DNA from: Patescibacteria group bacterium
Lineage (GTDB): Bacteria > Patescibacteriota > Patescibacteriia > UBA1558 > GWA2-36-10
Direction: 5' to 3'
Length of the DNA stretch: 64,000 nucleotides
NCBI GenBank assembly: GCA_018062885.1
Contig: JAGORJ010000001.1
Coordinates: 151-64,150, forward strand
This document shows, in pieces, positions 53,896 to 64,000 of the stretch (position 1 is its first letter; the number at the start of each line of letters is the position of its first letter). The translations under genes and the position numbers were made by a program. Under the pieces are notes generated by a model that saw nothing but the letters and a program-made list of their open reading frames with translations, made no database searches and was not told the DNA's origin.

Positions 53896-54290
53896 GCAAG
53901 TTTAAATTATTTACTGACGGTGGCTCAAGGGGAAATCCAGGGCCAGCCGCTATTGGCGGAGTTTTGTACGAAGAAGAAAAAGTATTAGCAGACTTTTCTC
54001 ACTATTTGGGACAAGGCACAAACAATCAAGCAGAGTATAGTGCTTTATTGATGGGTTTAGAATTAGCCAAAAAACATAAAGTCACAGATTTGCAGTGTTT
54101 TTTGGATAGTGAGCTAGTTGTCAAACAACTAAACAAAGAATATCGTGTAAAAGACGCTGATTTGGCTAAATTGTTTGTCAAAGTCTGGAATTTATCCCAA
54201 GAGTTTAAAAGTATTAGCTTTAGACATGTCAGGCGCGAGCTCAATAAAGAGGCTGATAGGCTGGTAAATTTGGCTTTGGACAGTCGTTAG
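53892..54290 (+). CDS. rnhA: Ribonuclease HI
   Basis: TDGGSRGNPGPAAIG, NNQAEYSALLMGLE, DSELVVKQL, NKEADRL carry the RNase H catalytic D-E-D-D residues; ATGA overlap with recJ. Confidence 0.8.
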   Translation: MSKFKLFTDGGSRGNPGPAAIGGVLYEEEKVLADFSHYLGQGTNNQAEYSALLMGLELAKKHKVTDLQCFLDSELVVKQLNKEYRVKDADLAKLFVKVWNLSQEFKSISFRHVRRELNKEADRLVNLALDSR

Positions 54291-54332
54291 TCTAGGTTGA
54301 TTTTAAACTGTGAAAATGTTATAGTTTAAATA

Positions 54333-55340
54333 ATGTCAGTGAATTTTTCTTGGCCTATTTATGGTCACAATAAACAAATAAACTTTCTACAAGCTAGCCT
54401 GCAGCAAAATACTTTGCCAAATGCTTATTTGTTTTATGGTCCCAAAGGTTTGGGTAAGAAAATGATCGCTGAATACTTTGCCAAAAGTCTTTTTTGTCAA
54501 AATACAGAACAAAAACCTTGTCAAAAATGTACTATTTGTCATCACGTAGAACAAGGTGTTTATGCTGACGCTTATTTTCTGGGCAAAAATACAGAAGAAT
54601 TATCCGCTGAGAGTATCAAAGAATTTTTGGCTAGTTTAAAACTAGCTTCTTCTTATGGTCAGCATAAGCTAGCGATTATTTATCAAGCCGATAAAATAAA
54701 TCTTTTTAGTGCTAATGCTTTATTAAAAATTTTGGAAGAACCACCAAAAAATACCACTATTATTCTAGTAGCTGATCAGATAGATTATTTACCCGCCACT
54801 ATTTTGTCTCGTTGTCAGCTTTTGAAATTTCAAGCCCTGAGCAAAAAAGTGATGAGTACTTGGTTAGAAAATTTTTCTTTGCAAGAATTAGAAAGAGAAA
54901 CTATTTTGAATTTATCTTTTGGAAAACCTGGTAGAGCTTTGAATTTTATGGAAGATAATTTGGCTAACTTTAAAGAAAAATGTGACTGGTTGCTAAAAAT
55001 CTTATCTACCGAAACTCTCAGTGCTTTGCAGATTTTGGAAAATTGGTTTGAGATTTTCAAAAAAAATGCTCTAAGCTCTCAAAGTTTAGATTTACCTAAA
55101 GCTAGTTTAGAATATTTAGATATTTTGGAATTATTTTGGCGAGATTTATTGTACGCCAAGTTGGATAGAAAAGTTCTGAATGTCTTGTATCAAGAGGAAA
55201 TCAAAAAACTTACTAGTCAATATTCTTATACTGATATTTTAAAAAATTTATTAGCGATCAATAAAATAAAAAAACAAATTAAAAATAATGTTTCTCCACA
55301 AATGTTGTGGGAAAACTTAGTCTTAAACTTTAAAGCATAA
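54333..55340 (+). CDS. holB: DNA polymerase III delta' subunit
   Basis: AAA+ clamp-loader fold with LLKILEEPP motif and Zn-module-like CxxC (CQKCTICHH). Confidence 0.8.
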   Translation: MSVNFSWPIYGHNKQINFLQASLQQNTLPNAYLFYGPKGLGKKMIAEYFAKSLFCQNTEQKPCQKCTICHHVEQGVYADAYFLGKNTEELSAESIKEFLASLKLASSYGQHKLAIIYQADKINLFSANALLKILEEPPKNTTIILVADQIDYLPATILSRCQLLKFQALSKKVMSTWLENFSLQELERETILNLSFGKPGRALNFMEDNLANFKEKCDWLLKILSTETLSALQILENWFEIFKKNALSSQSLDLPKASLEYLDILELFWRDLLYAKLDRKVLNVLYQEEIKKLTSQYSYTDILKNLLAINKIKKQIKNNVSPQMLWENLVLNFKA

Positions 55341-55345
55341 TTTCT

Positions 55346-56479
55346 ATGAAAAGTGTCAAAATTTTTAAAATAGCTTTGTTTCTAATTTTGCCCTTTATTT
55401 TGACAGCTTGTGTGAGTATCAAAAGTGGCCCAGAAGCAGGTTCTGGTGGTGGTTTTTTCTTGACTCAAGACGGTGGAGACAAATGGGCAAATAGATCTTC
55501 TATTTATACCGCTGACGCGACAGTCAAAACTTTCACAAGTGCTAATATCACCAAAATTGCCTTTGATCCTCAAGATCAAGCGGCTGTTTATTTAGGCACC
55601 CAAAATAATGGCATGTATTATAGCTACAATTATGGCCAAGGTTGGCACAATGCTTTGGGTGATAAAGGCGCTATCAATGATATCGTAGTTCATCCGGAAA
55701 ATAAGTGCGTGGTTTATGTGGCGGCACATAACAGAATTTGGAAAACAGAGGACTGTGCTCGGACCTGGGTAGATCATTATTTTGAAGCTAGAGACCGAAA
55801 ATATGTCACGGCTTTGAATATCAACTATAAAGATCCAAATATTGTTTATGCTGGCAACAATGACGGTGCTTTTTTGCGTAGTTTGGACCAAGGTTTGTCT
55901 TGGGATGTTTTGTATCGTTTACCAGCCAGCATCAAACAGATCATTGTGCAAAATCACAGTGATAGCAATATCATCTATGCGATTACCAGCACCAAAGGTG
56001 TTTGGCGTAGTGCAGACGGTGGCGTGACTTGGGATGATTTGATGTCCAAAGTAGTTTATGAATTAGAAACCATCAAAGATGGAGAGAAGACATTTACGGC
56101 TATCAAAAAAACTGACGAAGATAAAGCCTTTTTCAAGATCAGTGGTGTTGGAGATGCTTCGGCAGCCGAGAGTGATTTGTCTGTCCCTGATAGCTTGATT
56201 TATGCCAATAGAATTGGTATGTTTAGATTCACCGGAGACCATTGGGAGCAATATCCGCTCTTAACTCCCAAAAATAAAGAGCTTATTTATGCTTTGACCG
56301 TCAATCCGCTAAATGGATCTGATATTTATTATGGTACTGCTAACGCTCTTTATCACACTTTAGACGGTGGAGCTAGCTGGATAATCAAAGAATTACCGAC
56401 AACTAGAGCGGTCTCTGCTTTGAGTTTTGCTGCTGAGTCAAAACTATTATACTTAGGATTTTTTAAGATAGAAAAATAA
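55346..56479 (+). CDS. Lipoprotein with BNR/Asp-box (sialidase-like beta-propeller) repeats
   Basis: Lipobox LTAC; six S/T-x-D-x-G-x-T/S-W repeats (TQDGGDKW, NYGQGW, EDCARTW, LDQGLSW, ADGGVTW, LDGGASW). Confidence 0.7.
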   Translation: MKSVKIFKIALFLILPFILTACVSIKSGPEAGSGGGFFLTQDGGDKWANRSSIYTADATVKTFTSANITKIAFDPQDQAAVYLGTQNNGMYYSYNYGQGWHNALGDKGAINDIVVHPENKCVVYVAAHNRIWKTEDCARTWVDHYFEARDRKYVTALNINYKDPNIVYAGNNDGAFLRSLDQGLSWDVLYRLPASIKQIIVQNHSDSNIIYAITSTKGVWRSADGGVTWDDLMSKVVYELETIKDGEKTFTAIKKTDEDKAFFKISGVGDASAAESDLSVPDSLIYANRIGMFRFTGDHWEQYPLLTPKNKELIYALTVNPLNGSDIYYGTANALYHTLDGGASWIIKELPTTRAVSALSFAAESKLLYLGFFKIEK

Positions 56480-56502
56480 TCTAAATAATTTAGAATAAAT
56501 TT

Positions 56503-57057
56503 ATGCATAATCTTGTAGAAAACAATCGAGCGCATTATGATAAAACTCTAGAATTTTTAAAGAATGATATTTCCTCTCTGCGTACTGGTAGGGTTTCGCC
56601 TAGTTTGGTAGAAAATGTCAAAGTTGAATCTTATGGTGTTTTTTCTGAATTAGTACAGCTAGCAAATATTTCTTCTCCAGAACCACATAGCATTGTCATC
56701 AAGCCTTGGGACAAAAGTATTTTAAAAAACATTGAAAAAGCTTTGCAAGTTTCAGACCTCAATGTGAACCCGGTGGTTGATGGTGAAAATGTGCGTTTGA
56801 ATTTTCCCGCTTTGACTGAAGAAAGTCGTAAAGAGCTAGTGAAAATTTTGAATAAAAAACTAGAAGACACCAAAGTATCTTTGCGTGGTCAAAGAGAGAA
56901 AATCAAAGATGTTGTTTTGCTGGCCGAAAAAAACAAAGAAATTTCTGAAGATGAAAAATTCAATGCCTTAGAAGACTTGGATAAAATGACCAAAGATTAT
57001 AACGAAAAAATTAAAGAAATAGGTCTTAAAAAAGAAGAGGAAATAATGAAAATTTAA
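56503..57057 (+). CDS. frr: Ribosome recycling factor
   Basis: Typical RRF length and motifs (ISSLRTGRVSPSLVENVKVE...VRLNFPALTEE). Confidence 0.9.
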   Translation: MHNLVENNRAHYDKTLEFLKNDISSLRTGRVSPSLVENVKVESYGVFSELVQLANISSPEPHSIVIKPWDKSILKNIEKALQVSDLNVNPVVDGENVRLNFPALTEESRKELVKILNKKLEDTKVSLRGQREKIKDVVLLAEKNKEISEDEKFNALEDLDKMTKDYNEKIKEIGLKKEEEIMKI

Positions 57058-57072
57058 TCGAATTAAAATATA

Positions 57073-58176
57073 ATGTTTACATTAATAGTTTTTATTTTAT
57101 TATTAGGTGTCTTAGTTCTTGTTCATGAACTAGGACATTTTGTGACAGCTATCCGTTTGGGAGTGGATGTGGAAGAATTTGGCATCGGTTTTCCACCGCG
57201 GATATTTTCTTTTAAGCGCAAAGGTATCTTGTATTCCATCAACCTTTTGCCTTTGGGCGGCTTTGTCAAAATCAAAGGAGAAAATGGCGACGACACAAAT
57301 AACCCTAAAAGCTTTGTCAATCAAAAAACTTGGAAAAAATCTTTGATTTTGTCTGCTGGTGTTTTGATGAATTTTTTGACAGCTTTTGTTTTGTTGAGCT
57401 TGGGTTTTATGATCGGTATGCCACAAGCTGTTGGTCCGGATACTGATTTGTCTCAAGTCAAAGATAAAGGAGTAGTGATTATTGAAGTCCTGGATCAATC
57501 GCCAGCTTACTTGGCTGGCCTACAAATTGGTGACAGACTAGTCAAAATAGATGATCAAGAAATCACTAACTCAGATTTTGTCTATGATTTTATCAAAGAA
57601 AACGACAATAAAGAATTAAACTTATTAATTTCTCGGGGCGATGAATTGACCGAAATAAAAGCTCAACCAAGTGTCATGCCTGGAAGTGATCAGGCTATTT
57701 TGGGTTTAGGCATGCTTGATGTCGGCGTCATTTCCTATGGATTTTTTACTAGTTTGTGGCAAGGCTTGCAATCAACGGTTTCTATGACTTGGCAAATATT
57801 AGCAGCCTTTGGTAATCTTTTGAAAGATTTGGTAACTACCGGCAAATTATCAGCTGGTTTATCAGGCCCAGTTGGCGTGGCCATTATGACCGGACAAGTA
57901 GCACGCTTAGGCTTGATTTATATCATGAACTTTGCAGCTATATTGTCTATCAATTTAGCCGTCTTAAACATCTTGCCATTCCCAGCTTTAGATGGTGGCC
58001 GTTTGGCTTTTGTATTGCTGGAAAAAGTGAGGGGCAAAAAAATTAGTGAAAAAATAGAAGCTATTTTTCACAACAGTGGTTTTGCGCTTTTGATGCTTTT
58101 GATTATAGTGATTACTTGGAGAGATGTAGCTAAATATGGAGATCAAATTTGGCTGGCTATTAAAAATATTTTTTAA
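57073..58176 (+). CDS. rseP: RseP/S2P-family M50 intramembrane metalloprotease
   Basis: HELGHF zinc motif in TM1, PDZ-like central domain, LDGG in C-terminal TM. Confidence 0.85.
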   Translation: MFTLIVFILLLGVLVLVHELGHFVTAIRLGVDVEEFGIGFPPRIFSFKRKGILYSINLLPLGGFVKIKGENGDDTNNPKSFVNQKTWKKSLILSAGVLMNFLTAFVLLSLGFMIGMPQAVGPDTDLSQVKDKGVVIIEVLDQSPAYLAGLQIGDRLVKIDDQEITNSDFVYDFIKENDNKELNLLISRGDELTEIKAQPSVMPGSDQAILGLGMLDVGVISYGFFTSLWQGLQSTVSMTWQILAAFGNLLKDLVTTGKLSAGLSGPVGVAIMTGQVARLGLIYIMNFAAILSINLAVLNILPFPALDGGRLAFVLLEKVRGKKISEKIEAIFHNSGFALLMLLIIVITWRDVAKYGDQIWLAIKNIF

Positions 58177-58184
58177 AAATTTAC

Positions 58185-58466
58185 ATGAGATTTAATTTGA
58201 CTAGCAATAAGCTCAATCCACTGACTGCGATGCGTTTGGCTGGCTATCATCCCGATAGATTTGGTAAAAGCTATATCCGTCGTTTGAGTGGTGGTGACTT
58301 TCCGCGTTTTCATGTCTACCTCAAAGAATCTCCAGGTGCCTTAGAGCTCAATCTACATTTGGATCAAAAAGGAGCTTGCTATCAAGGCTCAACGGCACAC
58401 AGTGGAGACTATGACGGAGATGTTTTGGAGGCTGAAAAAGAAAGAGTTTTACATATATTGAAATAA
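58185..58466 (+). CDS. Hypothetical small protein
   Basis: 93-aa ORF between rseP and proS; no recognisable motif. Confidence 0.35.
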   Translation: MRFNLTSNKLNPLTAMRLAGYHPDRFGKSYIRRLSGGDFPRFHVYLKESPGALELNLHLDQKGACYQGSTAHSGDYDGDVLEAEKERVLHILK

Positions 58467-58475
58467 TAAATATTT

Positions 58476-59951
58476 ATGAGCACAAAAAATAATCAAATTA
58501 GTACCAGAAAAGAAAATTATTCACAATGGTATTTAGATGTAATTGAAGCGGCTGATTTAGCAGAATACGGACCAGTAAAAGGTACTATGGTTATTAAGCC
58601 CTATGGCTATGCTATTTGGGAAAATATCCAAAGTGTTTTGAATGCAGAAATTAAAGCGACTGGTCATAAGAATGCTTATTTTCCTTTGTTGATCCCAAAG
58701 TCTTTTTTTAGTAAAGAAGCTTCACATGTAGATGGTTTTGCTAAAGAATGTGCAGTCGTTACTCACTATCGTTTAAAAAATAATGAAAAAGGAGAAATTA
58801 TAGTTGATGAGTCTGCGAAACTTGAAGAAGAATTAATCATCAGGCCTACCTCAGAGACTATTATTAATCATAGTTTTTCTCAATGGATTAGTTCTTGGCG
58901 TGATTTGCCAGTTTTGATTAATCAATGGGCCAATGTTTTACGTTGGGAAATGCGTACTCGTCCTTTTTTGAGAACTTCAGAATTTTTATGGCAAGAAGGC
59001 CACACTGCCCATGCTACAGAAAAAGAAGCAGAAGTAGAAGCTGAAAAAATGCTCAATGTTTATCGAGATTTTGCTCGTGATTATTTGGCTATGAGCGTTG
59101 TCTTGGGTAAAAAATCAGAGAGCGAAAAATTTGCCGGGGCTATGCACACCTATACTTTAGAAGCGATGATGCAAGATGGTAAGTCTTTGCAGTTGGCTAC
59201 TTCACATCATCTGGGACAAAATTTTGCCAAAGCTTTTGATATTCAGTTTTTGGATAAAGAAAATAAAAAACAATATGTTTGGCAAACAAGTTGGGGTATA
59301 AGCACTCGTAGTATCGGTGGTTTGATAATGACACATAGTGATGATCATGGTTTGGTTTTACCACCAAAGATCGCACCTATTCAAGTTGTCATTGTGCCAA
59401 TTTTGAAAGGCAATGAAAATGATAAAAATATTTTGAAGTTAGCCAAAAAAATTAAAGGCACTTTAAAATTACAAGATCGTTTAGAAATTGATGATAGAGA
59501 AAATCTGACAATGGGTATGAAGTTCAATCTTTGGGAAAAGAAAGGTGTGCCTATTAGATTAGAATTAGGCATCAAAGAAGTAGAGGAAAATGTTGTGGTT
59601 TTGGCTCGCAGAGATACCAAAGAAAAACAGGTGGTAAATATTGACATTTTAGCCAAAGTCGTTAAGGATACATTAGTAGACATTCAGGCTAATCTTTTAC
59701 AAAAATCCGAGCAACATAGGATAAAAAATACAAAATCTGTAGATAATTGGGATGATTTTAAAAAAGCGATTGAAAATGGTAGTTTTGTATTAGCTCATTG
59801 GTCTGGTGATGTTAAAGTTGAAGAAAGTATCAAAAAAGAAACAGGCGCCACTATCAGATGTTTGCCTTTTGATGAAAAGATGGAAAATGGTAAGTGTATT
59901 TATAGTCAAAAACCATCTACACAAAGAGTTTTGTTCGCTAAGACTTATTAA
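58476..59951 (+). CDS. proS: Prolyl-tRNA synthetase, archaeal/eukaryote-like type (no INS editing domain)
   Basis: [10 protein letters not shown]...[18 protein letters not shown]-terminus and class II motifs; 491 aa with C-terminal Zn-binding-type extension. Confidence 0.9.
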   Translation: MSTKNNQISTRKENYSQWYLDVIEAADLAEYGPVKGTMVIKPYGYAIWENIQSVLNAEIKATGHKNAYFPLLIPKSFFSKEASHVDGFAKECAVVTHYRLKNNEKGEIIVDESAKLEEELIIRPTSETIINHSFSQWISSWRDLPVLINQWANVLRWEMRTRPFLRTSEFLWQEGHTAHATEKEAEVEAEKMLNVYRDFARDYLAMSVVLGKKSESEKFAGAMHTYTLEAMMQDGKSLQLATSHHLGQNFAKAFDIQFLDKENKKQYVWQTSWGISTRSIGGLIMTHSDDHGLVLPPKIAPIQVVIVPILKGNENDKNILKLAKKIKGTLKLQDRLEIDDRENLTMGMKFNLWEKKGVPIRLELGIKEVEENVVVLARRDTKEKQVVNIDILAKVVKDTLVDIQANLLQKSEQHRIKNTKSVDNWDDFKKAIENGSFVLAHWSGDVKVEESIKKETGATIRCLPFDEKMENGKCIYSQKPSTQRVLFAKTY

Positions 59952-59960
59952 ATAGAAATA

Positions 59961-61013
59961 ATGTTTAAAAAACTGTTCCGACAATTTTCTAAAGACATGG
60001 GTATTGACCTGGGTACGGCCAATACCTTGGTTTATGTTAAGGATCAAGGCATCGTGATCAATGAACCTAGTGTGGTAGCTATCAACACTCGCAATGATAA
60101 AATAGTAGCTGTGGGTGAAGATGCAAAAATCATGATGGGAAAAACTCCAGCTCATATCAACGTCATTAGACCTTTGGTTGATGGTGTGATTTCTGACTTT
60201 GAGGTGACGGAAAAAATGATTAAACATTTTATTGAAAAAGTTCACCGCGAGTCCATGACTTTTGTGCCTAGACCTAGAGTGATGATCGCTATTCCCCTTG
60301 ATGTGACTGAGGTAGAGCGCAAGGCGGTAGAAGACGCTGTCTTGGGCGCTGGTGCGTCTGAGGTTTTATTGATTGAAGAGCCGGTTGCGGCCGCTATTGG
60401 CGCTGGTCTGCCCATTTTGGAGGCTACAGCGAGCATGGTGGTGGATATCGGTGGCGGTACTACTGAGATTGCAGTGATTTCTTTGGGTGGAGTGGTTTCA
60501 TGGAAATCTTTGAAGCTGGCTGGTGACAAATTAAATGAAGCTATTATCCAATACGCTCGAGATAAATTTAATATTTTACTGGGAGAAAGAACCGCTGAAA
60601 GAATCAAAATCCAAATTGCTTCAGTTTTGCCTTTTGACAAGCCGATAGAAACTACGATGCGTGGACGTGATCTTTTGACTGGTTTACCAAAAGAAATAAG
60701 AATCACTGATGCAAATATCAGAGAGGCGATTGCAAAACCGATTAAGCTTATCGTTGACAACATTAAAACTACTATTGAAAGTACACCGCCAGAACTTGTA
60801 TCTGATTTATACGAAAGAGGTTTGATTTTGACTGGTGGCGGAGCTTTGCTCAAAGGTTTGGATCAACTGATCGCTCAAGAAGTCAAAATGCCAGTGCATA
60901 TTGCTGATGATCCACTGACGGCTGTAGTGCGTGGCACTGGTAAAATTTTGGATGATTTAGATAATTTGCGCGAAATATTATTACCATCTACAAAAGATAT
61001 TGGTTTTAATTAA
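59961..61013 (+). CDS. mreB: Rod-shape determining actin homolog MreB
   Basis: DMGIDLGTANTLVYVKDQGIV, DIGGGTTEIAV, LTGGGALLKGLD. Confidence 0.95.
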   Translation: MFKKLFRQFSKDMGIDLGTANTLVYVKDQGIVINEPSVVAINTRNDKIVAVGEDAKIMMGKTPAHINVIRPLVDGVISDFEVTEKMIKHFIEKVHRESMTFVPRPRVMIAIPLDVTEVERKAVEDAVLGAGASEVLLIEEPVAAAIGAGLPILEATASMVVDIGGGTTEIAVISLGGVVSWKSLKLAGDKLNEAIIQYARDKFNILLGERTAERIKIQIASVLPFDKPIETTMRGRDLLTGLPKEIRITDANIREAIAKPIKLIVDNIKTTIESTPPELVSDLYERGLILTGGGALLKGLDQLIAQEVKMPVHIADDPLTAVVRGTGKILDDLDNLREILLPSTKDIGFN

Positions 61014-61018
61014 TTTTC

Positions 61019-61753
61019 ATGTTTAGAAAAAATTTTCAAATATTTTTCATCTTTTTTGTGGCAATTTTATTGTTACTTTTTTTAAAAACTGGCCATATTT
61101 TTGATATTGGCTTTTTGTTTCGTAAATTACCCGCGCCACAGCAGACTGTCAATCGTTTATTAAATCCGCCAGCTGATTTGGCAGAAGAGTACAACAAAAT
61201 ATTAGCACAAAACACTCAGCTACAAGCTTTGGCGACAGAAAACAAAGAACTGCGCGCTTTATTATCTTTGAAAGAGAAAAAAAACTATCAACTGATAGCG
61301 GCTAATATTTTGAGCAGAGATTTGCTCAACCAAAATTTATTGATTTTGGATGTTGGGGCAAATTTGGGGGTAGAGCTTGGTCAAGCAGTTGTGGTAGATG
61401 ATGGTTTGATGATTGGTAAAATCATTGAAGTCAAAGAAGGAGCTTCGGTTGCTAGACTTTTGACCGATAATTTGAGCAAAGTGGCTGTCAGTGTTGGCGA
61501 AGAACAATTGGTGTCTGGTATTTTGGAAGGCTCTTTGGGCTTGGGTATGAATTTACAGTATATTCCTCAGGAGCAAGAGGTGAAAAAAGGAGACCTGGTA
61601 GTTTCTTCCCGTTTGAGTGAAAATATTCCGGCTGGTTTGATTTTGGGCCGGATTGAAGAAGTGAAGTTTGCTGAAGAAGATTTGTTTAAACAAGCAGTCG
61701 TATCGCCTTTGGTGGACTACAATACTTTGTCTTTGGTGGGTATTATTTTTTAA
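61019..61753 (+). CDS. mreC: Rod-shape determining protein MreC
   Basis: N-terminal TM, coiled coil (LQALATENKELRALLSLKE), C-terminal beta-domain; position after mreB. Confidence 0.7.
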   Translation: MFRKNFQIFFIFFVAILLLLFLKTGHIFDIGFLFRKLPAPQQTVNRLLNPPADLAEEYNKILAQNTQLQALATENKELRALLSLKEKKNYQLIAANILSRDLLNQNLLILDVGANLGVELGQAVVVDDGLMIGKIIEVKEGASVARLLTDNLSKVAVSVGEEQLVSGILEGSLGLGMNLQYIPQEQEVKKGDLVVSSRLSENIPAGLILGRIEEVKFAEEDLFKQAVVSPLVDYNTLSLVGIIF

Positions 61754-61756
61754 TTT

Positions 61757-62245
61757 ATGAAATATTTAGGAGTTTTAGTTTTATTTTTGATCTCCTATAC
61801 AGTCTTTGCTTTTGTTTTTAGTGGTACTTGGCATTGGCTGAATCCATTTTTGATTAGTTTGATTTTTTTGTATTATAGTAGCAGTGATCCTTGGATTTAT
61901 TATGGCGCTGCTTTTGTCTTTGGGCTTACTTTAGATGCTTTTTCACCGGGCTTTGCTTTTTACACTTTGAGTTTCCTTTTGGTTTTATTTTTGATTAGCA
62001 ATCTGCAACTGACGATTTTTAGCTCCAAAAATACCGGTACGATTATTTTTTTGACTTTGATAGCTAATATTTTATTTTATTTTATTTATTATTTTATCTA
62101 TTGGCTATCAGATAGTTTATTTTACGTTTTGTCCTGGTCGATGATATTATCAATATCTCGTTTTATTTTGCTGGATACTTTATTGGTGGTTGTGTTTTAT
62201 GTCTTGTATTTTAATTTGTGGCTAAAAAAACACTCAAGCGCTTAG
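61757..62245 (+). CDS. mreD: Rod-shape determining protein MreD (by position and topology)
   Basis: 162-aa 5-TM protein immediately after mreC and before PBP2. Confidence 0.5.
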   Translation: MKYLGVLVLFLISYTVFAFVFSGTWHWLNPFLISLIFLYYSSSDPWIYYGAAFVFGLTLDAFSPGFAFYTLSFLLVLFLISNLQLTIFSSKNTGTIIFLTLIANILFYFIYYFIYWLSDSLFYVLSWSMILSISRFILLDTLLVVVFYVLYFNLWLKKHSSA

Positions 62246-62261
62246 TGCTAAAATTTTAACA

Positions 62262-64000
62262 ATGAGAGATGATCCATTTAAAATTAGAGAAGGCCAAATA
62301 AAGGACACTCGTGTGCGTGGTTTTTCCAAAGCTCGTCACAGTGGTGACTATTTAGATTTTTGGTCCGAAGCTTCTACTTCAGTTGGTAAATTTTTTGTAG
62401 ATAGTAAAATCACTATTTTCTTTTTTATTTTAGTAAGTTTTTTGTTTATCTTGTGGTCAAGAAGCTTTTATTTACAAGTTATTCAGGGTGATTATTTTTT
62501 GGATATCGCTGAAGGCAATCGCATCAGGCAAGAAATTGTCAAAGCAAACCGTGGTTTGGTTTATGATCGTTTTGGTAATTTGTTGTTAAAAAATATTTCT
62601 CACTTTTTTTTGTATATAGACAAAAACAATCTAGCGACTGAGGAAACAGAAAAAAATACTTTTTTGACTAATCTATCCAGTATTTTGATGATTGAGCCGA
62701 CTATTATCACTGAGCGTCTAGAGGCAGAAAAATCAAATAAAGTTTTGGTTTATGAAAATGTTCCCTATGAGCAAGCGATGAAACTGATTTTATTAGCTGA
62801 AAGTGAGCATGCTCTGGAGATAAACTATGAACCAAGGCGACAGTATTTTGATTATTTGGGTCTTGGACATGTTTTGGGCTATTTAGGCTCTGTCAATGAA
62901 GCTGATTTAGATAAAGATAAAAATTATCGCTATAACGATAAACTTGGTAAAACTGGTTTAGAGTTGATTTATGAGGATACTTTGCGTGGTCAAGATGGCG
63001 TGAGGGAGATTGAGGTAGATGCTTTAAATAGAGCGAAAAACATTATTGCTTGGCATGAGCCAGTTGATGGTCATGATATGACTTTGACGATTGATGCGGC
63101 GGCTCAAGCTAAGTTGTATGAAGTGATGGCTAATAATGCCAAAAATTTTGATAAGCCAAAAATGGCGGCAGTGGTTTTGGATGTCCAAGATGGTGGAATT
63201 TTGGCGATGATGAGTTTGCCTATTTTTGATAATAATATTTTTACTTCTAGTTTAGATCAAGAAAAGTATAATTCTATTTTAACTGATCCTAGTAATCCTT
63301 TGCTAAATAGAGTAGTAGCTGGTACTTATCCTTTTGGCTCGGTCTTTAAACCGGTGGTAGCAGCCGCTGCTTTGCAGGAGAATTTGATTGATCAAAGTTT
63401 TAGTGTCCAGAGTACTGGTGGTGTCCAAATTGGCAATAATTTTTTCCCTGATTGGCGTCCAAGTGGCCACGGTAAAACAGATGTGCGTTGGGCGCTGGCT
63501 GATTCGGTCAATACATTTTTTTATACAGTCGGTGGTGGTAATAATCAGTGGCTCCAAGAAGGCTTGGGCATGGAAAAGATAGTTAACTATGCTCATTTGT
63601 TTGGCATGGAAAAAACAACCGGCATAGATATCAATGGTGAAGTGGCTGGTTTTTTGCCAACTAAAGAATGGAAAGAGCAAAGTTTGGGAGAGCGCTGGTA
63701 TTTGGGCGATACTTATAATCTTTCTATCGGCCAAGGCTATTTACTAGGAACGCCTTTGCAGGCAGCGATGATTATGTCATACTTTGCTACAGGCAAGGTC
63801 TATCAGCCACATTTTATCAAGAGCGTCCAAAAAGGAGATCAAGTGGAAACTTATCAAGCGCCAGTAATGTTAGAAAATTTGATTGATGCGGACAATTTGG
63901 AGCTCATCAGACAGGGTTTACGAGAAACTGTCGTTTCTGGTACAGCTCAAAGCTTACAATCGGTGAGTGTTGAGGTGGCTGGTAAGACAGGCACAGCTCA
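62262..64000 (+). CDS. mrdA: Penicillin-binding protein 2 (elongasome transpeptidase), 3'-truncated by window edge
   Basis: ATG at 62262 (not in ORF track because no stop inside the window); TM anchor, dimerisation domain, transpeptidase motifs GSVFKP (SxxK), SVN (SxN), KTGTA. Confidence 0.85.
   Translation, partial: MRDDPFKIREGQIKDTRVRGFSKARHSGDYLDFWSEASTSVGKFFVDSKITIFFFILVSFLFILWSRSFYLQVIQGDYFLDIAEGNRIRQEIVKANRGLVYDRFGNLLLKNISHFFLYIDKNNLATEETEKNTFLTNLSSILMIEPTIITERLEAEKSNKVLVYENVPYEQAMKLILLAESEHALEINYEPRRQYFDYLGLGHVLGYLGSVNEADLDKDKNYRYNDKLGKTGLELIYEDTLRGQDGVREIEVDALNRAKNIIAWHEPVDGHDMTLTIDAAAQAKLYEVMANNAKNFDKPKMAAVVLDVQDGGILAMMSLPIFDNNIFTSSLDQEKYNSILTDPSNPLLNRVVAGTYPFGSVFKPVVAAAALQENLIDQSFSVQSTGGVQIGNNFFPDWRPSGHGKTDVRWALADSVNTFFYTVGGGNNQWLQEGLGMEKIVNYAHLFGMEKTTGIDINGEVAGFLPTKEWKEQSLGERWYLGDTYNLSIGQGYLLGTPLQAAMIMSYFATGKVYQPHFIKSVQKGDQVETYQAPVMLENLIDADNLELIRQGLRETVVSGTAQSLQSVSVEVAGKTGTA

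Overview
Low-GC (about 33-35%) chromosomal segment, most consistent with a small-genome bacterium of the CPR/Patescibacteria type. This assignment is an inference from an archaeal-type ProRS, a zf-trcl/RGG protein, type IV pilins with Cys-rich C-termini, giant low-complexity surface proteins, a PduL-type phosphotransacylase and a minimal core gene set. Genetic code appears standard (no in-frame TGA needed). Gene density is high, with many 4-bp ATGA stop/start overlaps. Core content includes tpiA-fba, mutM, murA, ctpA, rplI, pyrG, rpmA, lexA, dus, corA, an ftsB-PPIase-rlpA-ftsEX cluster, recJ-rnhA-holB, frr-rseP-proS, mreBCD-PBP2 (PBP2 runs off the 3' edge), a DEAD-box helicase, an ABC exporter, three tRNAs (Tyr, Thr, Gln) and many hairpin/T-run terminators shared between convergent genes. 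The accessory part (about 5.2-19.4 kb) holds a 1629-aa acidic giant protein, a CAP-domain protein and a 983-aa tandem Ig-like-repeat adhesin with a near-perfect 327-bp internal duplication and a (GGN)10 tract. Most unusual are several compositionally foreign, high-GC (about 50-57%) cassettes at 5426-6802 and 12462-14680, with smaller ones at 36336-36761 and 38611-38832. Each cassette has its own GC-rich terminator, and three of the four (all except 38611-38832) carry a textbook TTGACA-N17-TATAAT-class promoter. One encodes a protein that looks like an outer-membrane beta-barrel, unexpected in a presumably monoderm host. No CRISPR array, transposase or integrase was seen. All calls rest on reading the sequence and ORF translations; no searches were run.
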